Origin: Patescibacteria group bacterium
GTDB taxonomy: Bacteria; Patescibacteriota; Gracilibacteria; UBA4473
DNA length: 64,000 nt
Assembly (NCBI GenBank): GCA_965660445.1
Contig: CBFIAK010000001.1
Location: 384,001 to 448,000 of the forward strand
Direction: 5' to 3'
Made by a program: the position numbers and the translations under genes. Under the pieces are notes generated by a model. It was given only the letters and a program-made list of their open reading frames with translations, had not been told where the DNA came from and ran no database searches. Below are positions 55,075 through 64,000 of the stretch, in pieces (the first letter of the stretch is position 1; every line of letters starts with the position of its first letter).

Positions 55075-56166
55075 TTATTTCCCGAGAATATGTTGGTAAT
55101 CAGTTTTGTAGATATGGAGGAATGCGATAGTAAGGGTGAGAATAATCGGTCCAAGGATAATTCCTTTGAGTCCAAACATTAAAGCTCCTCCTAAAATCAT
55201 AATCATAACAGCGAGTGGATGCAGTGTTGCTTTTGATCCAATAATGTATGGTTTGAGTACATTATCAATATTGGCAACGAGGAGCACAGCCCAAAGGATA
55301 AGAAACACTGCTGATACAATTTCTCCGGATATGAGGAAGTAGACACTTAAAGGAATCCATATAATGGCAGATCCTACATAAGGAATGGGGGAAAGGAGTG
55401 CTCCGAGAGCAGCCCAAAAGATACTGTTTTGGATACCTAAAATACCAAATCCAATTCCAAGGACTATTCCTTGTGCTAGAGCACCGCCGAACATACCAAA
55501 GACAATAGAGTTCATTGCATTTTCTATTCGTACAAATAATGCATTTTTATGGGACATATCAAGAGGGATGAGGGTTTTGATATATTTGATGAAGTTCTGT
55601 CCATCACGAATAAAATAAAAAAGAGCGACGAGGAATATAATCAAATGGATAATAACGATGGATATTTGTTTGATGATATTGGCGGTATGTTCGATTAAAA
55701 ATGCGCTTATAGAACGAACGATATCGGTAGCAGTGTTGGCTATATTTTCAACGGAGAACGGGTTATTTTTTAAGAAACTTTCTGCCCATGCGTGAAGATA
55801 GGGGAATCGGTCAAAGACACTGATATCAAATGATGGTTCGGCATCGAGGTTTTGCAAGGCAATACGCATATGATCGTAGGCGCTATAGGCTTGACCAATA
55901 ATTGAGAGAATAAAAAACGTAAGAGGAATAAGGAAGAGTATTATGATGAGCATAAATGTCACGAACGACGCCACTGAATTAGAAAACTTGATCCATTGCT
56001 GAATAATTTTGTGGAGTGGATATATAGACACCGCTGTCATTCCAGCAGCAAAAAGCGTTGCGAGAAATGGCAAAGCGAAAAAGAATGAGAGAACGACAAA
56101 AAAAAGTGCTGCTCCGAGGAGGAAATTTTCTTGAAACCGATAATTCTGGAATTTTATAGGTGGCAT
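55075..56166 (-). CDS. AI-2E family transporter
   Basis: FYFIRDG, IPYVGS, DNVLKP, GG..MFG..GIILGP. Confidence 0.9.
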   Translation of the reverse strand: MPPIKFQNYRFQENFLLGAALFFVVLSFFFALPFLATLFAAGMTAVSIYPLHKIIQQWIKFSNSVASFVTFMLIIILFLIPLTFFILSIIGQAYSAYDHMRIALQNLDAEPSFDISVFDRFPYLHAWAESFLKNNPFSVENIANTATDIVRSISAFLIEHTANIIKQISIVIIHLIIFLVALFYFIRDGQNFIKYIKTLIPLDMSHKNALFVRIENAMNSIVFGMFGGALAQGIVLGIGFGILGIQNSIFWAALGALLSPIPYVGSAIIWIPLSVYFLISGEIVSAVFLILWAVLLVANIDNVLKPYIIGSKATLHPLAVMIMILGGALMFGLKGIILGPIILTLTIAFLHIYKTDYQHILGK

Positions 56167-56368
56167 TTCGGTTATTACGATGTGTAGTATGAGAAAAGAT
56201 TTTTATTTTTCAAGGTTGGGCATGGTTTTTCAGTGGAATCGTTCTTAAAAGTGTTTTAAAAAAATATTTGAAAAACAATACAAGTTATTTTTTCCCGAAA
56301 ATTTGATTTGTGAAGATGAAGCTCTTATTATGCTTGTGTTTACACATACACATAACACACATATACAT

Positions 56369-56884
56369 ATGAAAAAAACACATGCTGGTTTTTCGCTCAT
56401 TGAGCTCTTAGTTGTGATTGTTATCATGGGGATCTTAGCAACGATTTCTTTGGGAACCTTCCAAGGATTTTTTGCCAAATCTCGTGACTCTGATCGACAA
56501 GCTATTTTCGCAACTCTAAAAACAGCTATTGTAGCTGATAGAACAGGAAGCTCGGAGGGATATGATATTACTCAAGATTCTGATTATAGCGATGTGGAGA
56601 CATATATTGCCACTTTAATGGATGATAATGAGTTAGATCTTTCGTATGATGATGGATGTTATTATGCTGGGTTTGGTACGGATACAGCGAATACAAAGCG
56701 AAATTTCTTCTTGGCTTTCTTAAAAGAAGATACTGGTGAGATGGAATATTTTGGTACAAAAGATGGTATAGCAGCTGCAGCCGCTGTTTATGATTCAAAT
56801 GTTGTGAATGTCTTTGAGGATGGAGGAAACTGTGCGGCAGCAAGTGTTTCTGATTATACAGTAGAGCAGTTGTTTGATTCGTGA
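56369..56884 (+). CDS. Type IV pilin (prepilin with class III signal)
   Basis: MKKTHAG|FSLIELLVVIVIMGILA; two Cys; own terminator. Confidence 0.92.
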   Translation: MKKTHAGFSLIELLVVIVIMGILATISLGTFQGFFAKSRDSDRQAIFATLKTAIVADRTGSSEGYDITQDSDYSDVETYIATLMDDNELDLSYDDGCYYAGFGTDTANTKRNFFLAFLKEDTGEMEYFGTKDGIAAAAAVYDSNVVNVFEDGGNCAAASVSDYTVEQLFDS

Positions 56885-56916
56885 TTTATTCTTATCTTTT
56901 TTAAAAATAAAAATAC

Positions 56917-56943
56917 AAAAATCGCCTTTCGGGGCGATTTTTT
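56917..56943 (+). terminator. Intrinsic terminator after pilin
   Basis: aaaaatcgcc-tttcgg-ggcgattttt. Confidence 0.85.
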
Positions 56944-56949
56944 AAATGC

Positions 56950-57477
56950 AGAAGTATGAATCTAAATTGGAATCTTGAATCTGGAATCTTGAATGAATCA
57001 CAGGAAACACAGGAATGACAAAATCAAAAAACATAAAAATTTAAGTTGGCTGCCTTGGCTGGTGCTGAGGTATTCGAATCTTGAATCCTGAATTTGGAAT
57101 CTTGAATAAATCACAGGAAACACAGAAGCGCAGTGAATCTTTGATTTCAGAATCATGAATTATGAATTAGGAATTATGGAAAAAATCACAAGGTTTTGCA
57201 CAACCTTGTGATTTTTGTGATGGGAACAAGATTCCAGATTCTAGAATAAATCGCAGAAAATACATAAAAATAGTAAATCTTGTTTTGTGTTATTTTGTGA
57301 TTCTTTATAATTTACACTTCTAAATTCACTTTGGCTGCCTTGGCTGGTGCTGAGATATTTGAATCTTGAATCCTGAATCTGGAATCTTGAATGAATCACA
57401 GGAAACACAGGAATGACAAAATCAAAAAACATAAAAATTTAAGTTGGCTGCCTTGGCTGGTGCTAAAGTGAATTTAG
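56950..57477. repeat. Composite repeat array: 91-bp direct repeat x2, 21-bp core x3, heptamer/nonamer tandem repeats, hairpins
   Basis: 56976-57066 equals 57374-57464; TTGGCTGCCTTGGCTGGTGCT at 57046, 57331 and 57444. Confidence 0.9.
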
Positions 57478-57541
57478 TCTATATAAAAGGAAAAGATGGG
57501 TACTGGGAAGAAAAACCATTTGGTTTGTCTTCTCAGAAAGT

Positions 57542-59470
<1,929 letters not shown>

Positions 59471-59533
59471 CTAGGGAAAAAGACTGAAAGCGCAAATATT
59501 TACACAAGAAAAAGAGAAGGTCTTTCCGTTGCA

Positions 59534-59989
59534 TTACCGATTACATTCCAATGGGCATGTTTGCAATTCAATACGTTGTTTTTGCTGGCAAATCTCGCAT
59601 GCAAGATCAAGTGCAGATTCAAGTTCTTGGTGGATTTCAGAAAGAGTCTCGTAGCTTGTATGGAGTTGGTTTTGATAAGTGTCATAAAAATATCCTGATT
59701 GTGGGAATATACCAGCTTTTCCTCGAATCATAGGGATGCGTGGAGGAGAATGAATATGGAGCTGAAACTCTTTTTGCCATGCATTATGAAGAATTTCAAG
59801 TTCTGTTATGGTTCGTGAAGTTGATTCGAAATCACTAAATCGAGTACTTTGTGTGGCGTCGGGTATATATGTGTTAATAAGAGAATGGAGTCGTATACTT
59901 GAAGCAAATAATGATGGCATTTTTTGCCAAGAAATCCCAATTACAATGAGCAAAAGAAGAATTAGAAGCCATGAGAATGGATGTTTCAT
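59534..59989 (-). CDS. Hypothetical secreted protein with C-terminal Cys cluster
   Basis: N-terminal hydrophobic helix; CEIC...CPLEC. Confidence 0.6.
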   Translation of the reverse strand: MKHPFSWLLILLLLIVIGISWQKMPSLFASSIRLHSLINTYIPDATQSTRFSDFESTSRTITELEILHNAWQKEFQLHIHSPPRIPMIRGKAGIFPQSGYFYDTYQNQLHTSYETLSEIHQELESALDLACEICQQKQRIELQTCPLECNR

Positions 59990-61218
59990 TTTTGTGGTTT
60001 ACTCATAAGAAGATTTTTAAATATCGCATGAATACCTCTGGCTCCACTGTATGGTGGAGTTTGAGAACCTAAGAAGCTTTCGAGATCTTTATTCCATTGT
60101 TGAAACGCTGAGTGGTTACGGCTTGTACCATTTTCTCCAAAATGTTGACTCTGAATATCCCATTCGCTCATTTCATGGGTGGTGCGTAATTCTTGAAAAA
60201 ACTGAAGTCGTCGATTTTGTTCAGACTCTCTGAGTATTTCTTGTGTTTTTCCAGCACTTCTATTTTGAGTTGGCATATGTATTTCAGGCGCTTTGTTTTC
60301 TTGAAGAAACCGATCAATAATACCATCAAATATATGTAACACTCGGAACGATCGAACACTTTCAGATTCAGGAATACTTTTATCGGGTGGGGTTGTTTCG
60401 ATGACCATCGGGTCGGCACCAATGGCTTTTCCAGTACTTCCTTTGTAGAGTGGTGATTCAAAGACTTGATTTGTTGCGACGCCTGTCATAAGTGATTGTT
60501 GTGAAAGAAGATTCAGTGCGGGCATAATTCCTGCTATATTTCCAGTGATAGAGTCTTCAAATCGAGCATATTCTTTTTGTTGGAGCACGTTTCCTAGTTC
60601 GTCTTCTATACCCTTTTGTGTTTGATACTGCCAGAATTCAGGATTGGTTATTGCCGTTGTAAAAAACTGGTATATTGCAAAAGATGGACGTGGTGGTTTT
60701 TGTTCGTCAAACTTTTCACCGTAAAAGATGGTATCAATCGTATGAAGGTCTTGGATGATATCAAACGGAGAATCATGGAGTGATTCGTTTGCAAAAAGAG
60801 TTCGAAACGTATTTTTGCGAATCAGGTTTTGTTCGAGAATAAGGAGTTCCTGTTCGTAGGCACATAAGTTTTGTATTTGTTCAGATATACGAATAAATTC
60901 ATTGAGAGGTACACGAGGAAATAAAACTCTATCGGGCGGATTTCCATTACAAAAACTATCAATTTGTGACTCAAGTTGTTTTGTGGTATCTGCTGTCTGT
61001 GGATCAAGTGCGTTTTCGATAAGGGTGAGGTGTTGGTAGACTCGTTGAGAAAGTTCTTCTCTCGATTCATTATGAGTGTCATGATAAATCTTTGTGTAGA
61101 CATCTTTAAATCCTTGAAAATCAAGTGACGAAAAATCGGCAATACGTTGCGGATATGACTCTGCGTGAGCCATTCCAAGAAACCAAAAAAGGAGTGTTCC
61201 AAAAAAGAAGTATCGCAT
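59986..61218 (-). CDS. Hypothetical secreted protein
   Basis: Signal peptide; ATGA overlap with the next gene. Confidence 0.7.
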   Translation of the reverse strand: MRYFFFGTLLFWFLGMAHAESYPQRIADFSSLDFQGFKDVYTKIYHDTHNESREELSQRVYQHLTLIENALDPQTADTTKQLESQIDSFCNGNPPDRVLFPRVPLNEFIRISEQIQNLCAYEQELLILEQNLIRKNTFRTLFANESLHDSPFDIIQDLHTIDTIFYGEKFDEQKPPRPSFAIYQFFTTAITNPEFWQYQTQKGIEDELGNVLQQKEYARFEDSITGNIAGIMPALNLLSQQSLMTGVATNQVFESPLYKGSTGKAIGADPMVIETTPPDKSIPESESVRSFRVLHIFDGIIDRFLQENKAPEIHMPTQNRSAGKTQEILRESEQNRRLQFFQELRTTHEMSEWDIQSQHFGENGTSRNHSAFQQWNKDLESFLGSQTPPYSGARGIHAIFKNLLMSKPQK

Positions 61219-61221
61219 AAT

Positions 61222-62142
61222 CTAAGGGGAGGGGATAGTGGCGTTAATGAATTTTAAAGGATAGGTATCTATTGTCTCTCGAAGAACAGAGAGCGTTTCT
61301 CGAATGAGTTTTAGTTTCTCGATAATCATATTATACCACGCATGAATTCTGTAGTTTTGTTCAAATTTTTGATACAGGAAAAGAGTATCGAGTATCGTTC
61401 TTTTTGCTCGTTTCATTTCTTGAAAGTATGTATTTTGAGTTTCTGTTTTTACTTGGTTCCAGCGTTGAGGTGTGTGGTTATTTTTATTAGGAAATTGTTT
61501 TTCAAGTTCTTTTTGAAATGTGTCATCGTCTTTCATTTTTCCCCAGAGATAGGTTTGGTATCCGCAGTATTCTATAAGCGCTACTTCTGCTACTCGGCAT
61601 ACTGAATAGGGCGTCATAACGCTTGGATATGTTCCATTTTCGCTACACTGTGTTCGAAACTCTTTTCGTTCGATATGTCCTTGATAATTTTCGACTGTAA
61701 TGGGTGTTTGTGTGAAGTTCCCTTTTTCGTCTCGAAAAAAGCATTGGTCTTTATGAAACGAGTCTGGGGGAGTTAACACAGCAAATGGGTCTTCTTTTAT
61801 AAGATCTTGTACTTGTGTAAGTGTTGCTGTTGGGCTTTGAGAAAAAGCATCATTAAAGAGACAATTCATATGAGTATGAAACTCACTGTGTACATCTTTA
61901 AAATCTCGATCGAGGCTATAGTTAATAACCGATTGGCAGAGTTCTTGAACAGCTCCTTCAAACGATACGTCAAGGCTATTTGGAAGTTCGGAAAATCGTA
62001 TTCCTTGCTTTTGGAGTTCTTCAAAACTTGTTAAATCGTCATCAAAAAGAGTATAGGCAAAGCTTGTTTGTCCCCAGAAAAGAAAAGGAAAAATGAAAAA
62101 AAGAAGTATATATTTCACAATTCTATTGTAGAGTTTCTGCAT
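61222..62142 (-). CDS. Hypothetical secreted Cys-containing helical protein
   Basis: Signal peptide ending SFA; six Cys. Confidence 0.7.
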   Translation of the reverse strand: MQKLYNRIVKYILLFFIFPFLFWGQTSFAYTLFDDDLTSFEELQKQGIRFSELPNSLDVSFEGAVQELCQSVINYSLDRDFKDVHSEFHTHMNCLFNDAFSQSPTATLTQVQDLIKEDPFAVLTPPDSFHKDQCFFRDEKGNFTQTPITVENYQGHIERKEFRTQCSENGTYPSVMTPYSVCRVAEVALIEYCGYQTYLWGKMKDDDTFQKELEKQFPNKNNHTPQRWNQVKTETQNTYFQEMKRAKRTILDTLFLYQKFEQNYRIHAWYNMIIEKLKLIRETLSVLRETIDTYPLKFINATIPSP

Positions 62143-63277
62143 AAATCTTCAATATTTCCTGTGTAGTTTTATCCCATGAAAAACTATGCAATCGTTTGAT
62201 TCCTTTTTCTATAAGGCTTTTTCGCAGTTCTTCTTGGGTAAGAACTTGAAGAATAACTCGGGCCATATCTTTTTCATCATGTGGGTCGAAGTAAGCCACC
62301 GCATCACCGCATATTTCAGGGATACAAGAGATGCGAGACGCACATACTGGAGTGTGAGATTGCATGGCCTCAAGAGGAGGAATGCCAAACCCTTCATATA
62401 AACTCGGAAACACAAAAACATCTGCTGCAGAATACAAATATTGTAAATCTTCAGCTGGTACGAGCCCTGGTGTGATAACACGATTTTGAAGCTTGAGCCG
62501 GTGTATTGTTTGAGGAATCTCTTGGTAATAGAAATCAGGTTTCCCCGTGAGTACAAGTTTTATGTTTTTTAAATACCTTGGACCTGTGGGAGCTTCAATA
62601 ATATCAACCAGACGTCGAAACGCGTGTAAAAGTTTTACAAGGTTTTTGTGTTCTCTCCATACGCCTGCATAAAACAGGAATGTATCGGGGATCCCATATT
62701 TTTGTTTTACTGCTTCATGGAGCAGTGGAGATGCTGGTTTGAAATCATGACTAATGCCGTTATAAATGGTTTGGATACGCTGAGAAGGAATATGAAAAAG
62801 ATTCTCCACATCGTTCTGGGTATTGCGTGAAACCGTGATGACTTTCTTTGCGTTTGTAACAGAAGATTGAATAACTTTTTTATACGCTAATTTATGAAAC
62901 CATTTATTCATTTTTTTCCCCGGATAGAAGGAAATCGTAGTATCATGAATAGTGACGATAAAGGGTTTTCTATACAGTAATGGTCTATTAAAGTGTGTAA
63001 AATGAAGCAGATCGCATTTTGCTTTATACAGATGAAAGAGAAATGAAGTTTGTTCTGATATCGAGTAATGTTTTGCGTTTACACATACCGCTCGTACATG
63101 TGGTGGGAAAGTGTCTTTAAAACGTGAATATTCAGGGTCATTCATAAAAATAACCCATTTATAGGGGAGATCTGTTTGTTGAAAAAATCTTTGTGTTATT
63201 TCAAAATTACAACGTCCAATACCAGTAAAGGTGTCAGAAAACATTCGTGCATCGATACCGATAGTAAATGAACGCAT
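62123..63277 (-). CDS. Glycosyltransferase family 4 (start ATG 63277)
   Basis: IGIDAR, VTIHD, HKNL, FPSLYEGFGIPPLEAM. Confidence 0.92.
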   Translation of the reverse strand: MRSFTIGIDARMFSDTFTGIGRCNFEITQRFFQQTDLPYKWVIFMNDPEYSRFKDTFPPHVRAVCVNAKHYSISEQTSFLFHLYKAKCDLLHFTHFNRPLLYRKPFIVTIHDTTISFYPGKKMNKWFHKLAYKKVIQSSVTNAKKVITVSRNTQNDVENLFHIPSQRIQTIYNGISHDFKPASPLLHEAVKQKYGIPDTFLFYAGVWREHKNLVKLLHAFRRLVDIIEAPTGPRYLKNIKLVLTGKPDFYYQEIPQTIHRLKLQNRVITPGLVPAEDLQYLYSAADVFVFPSLYEGFGIPPLEAMQSHTPVCASRISCIPEICGDAVAYFDPHDEKDMARVILQVLTQEELRKSLIEKGIKRLHSFSWDKTTQEILKIYAETLQ

Positions 63278-63351
63278 AAAAAACAGTTTTATTATGCAGG
63301 AATCATTCGCAATACACAATAAAAATAAAAGACTTTTGGTATGTATAAATA

Positions 63352-63427
63352 TGGGGCGGACGATGGGGATTGAACCCACGACCAACGGAACCACAACCCG
63401 TTGCTCTACCACTGAGCTACGTCCGCC
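63352..63427 (-). tRNA. tRNA-His (GTG) with encoded G-1 and CCA
   Basis: Reverse complement GGCGGACGTAGCTCAGTGGTAGAGCAACGGGTTGTGGTTCCGTTGGTCGTGGGTTCAATCCCCATCGTCCGCCCCA. Confidence 0.97.
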
Positions 63428-63455
63428 GTAAGGACGTGTAGAATGTATTTATTTT

Positions 63456-63998
63456 TCAATGTTTTGCAAGTTTTTTTTGTTGAAAGGATTCGTATTCTGC
63501 TATAGGGACAATGTTATGCATATCACAAAAAGATTGAACTTTGTGCGAGTAAGGAGATCGGAGTGTAAAAACATTTTGAGGTCCACAGAGATTTCTTCCG
63601 AGTAAAACACAATGAAATCGTTCAGCAATAATAATATCGGCATCGAGAAATATATTCAGTGCTTCTTCTTGTGTGCGTGGGAGCTTAACCCATGAATAGA
63701 GATGTTTTTCTTTTTCTGCATGCAAGAAATCACTGGTATGGAATGCAAGAAAATGAAGCTTATAATCGATATCAGGAAAGAGTGTTTTTAAGTGTTCGTC
63801 GAGTCGTGTTATAGAAAACGGAGCTCGAGCATTGATGAGGATATGCCGTACTGATTCTTTGGAGTGAGGAACCGTATTGTATTTCTGAAACTGAACTCGA
63901 TCGCCAACGTTTTGAACCACTTGATCTGTGCATAAAAGTATTGTTTCTTTTGAATATCGGTCTCTTACACTAAATGAATCACTGTGTTGTACTACGTA
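63456..63998 (-). CDS. Polysaccharide pyruvyl transferase family protein (5'-truncated by the window)
   Basis: Frame open to the window edge, including SVRD; ADIIIAERFH and YSHKV motifs. Confidence 0.75.
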   Translation of the reverse strand, partial: YVVQHSDSFSVRDRYSKETILLCTDQVVQNVGDRVQFQKYNTVPHSKESVRHILINARAPFSITRLDEHLKTLFPDIDYKLHFLAFHTSDFLHAEKEKHLYSWVKLPRTQEEALNIFLDADIIIAERFHCVLLGRNLCGPQNVFTLRSPYSHKVQSFCDMHNIVPIAEYESFQQKKLAKH

Positions 63999-64000
63999 TC

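Noticed and set aside
56950-57477. CRISPR array
   Set aside because: The intervening sequences are themselves repeated and of uneven length (285 and 113 bp periods), and no cas genes are present
63278-63412. N-terminal extension of the GT4 ORF
   Set aside because: Runs through tRNA-His; family similarity starts at ATG 63277

Overview
AT-rich bacterial chromosome segment read in the standard code (TGA acts as stop). The gene content suggests a Patescibacteria/CPR organism, probably Gracilibacteria/Peregrinibacteria-like; this is an inference from VirB2-like CPR pilins, a degenerate DHH protein and a serine integrase running into a tRNA. Positions 1-3580 are the right end of a replicative integrative element (wHTH regulator, DUF5659-like protein, lambda-O-like initiator with internal iterons, large serine recombinase) inserted at tRNA-Asn. 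The rest is housekeeping genes (rsmH, tkt, tilS, pyrG, infC-rpmI-rplT, holA, tsaE, ssb, ndk, fmt, leuS, yebC-family, V-ATPase A, trxB, cysteine desulfurase, gyrB, tRNA-Phe, tRNA-His) mixed with many surface or secreted proteins. Main highlights: (1) a tandem paralog pair with a shared ~400-aa signal-less N-terminal region and different C-terminal cell-wall enzyme domains, a candidate polymorphic effector system; (2) a ~500-bp intergenic locus with convergent promoters and long G-U-containing helices, a candidate sense/antisense ncRNA system; (3) an att-like repeat array with a 21-bp core behind a type IV pilin gene, sharing a covarying hairpin with the tRNA-Phe flank; (4) LeuRS with a complete serine hydrolase inserted in frame; (5) beta-barrel-like genes next to tRNA-Phe. 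All calls come from reading motifs by eye; no database search was run.
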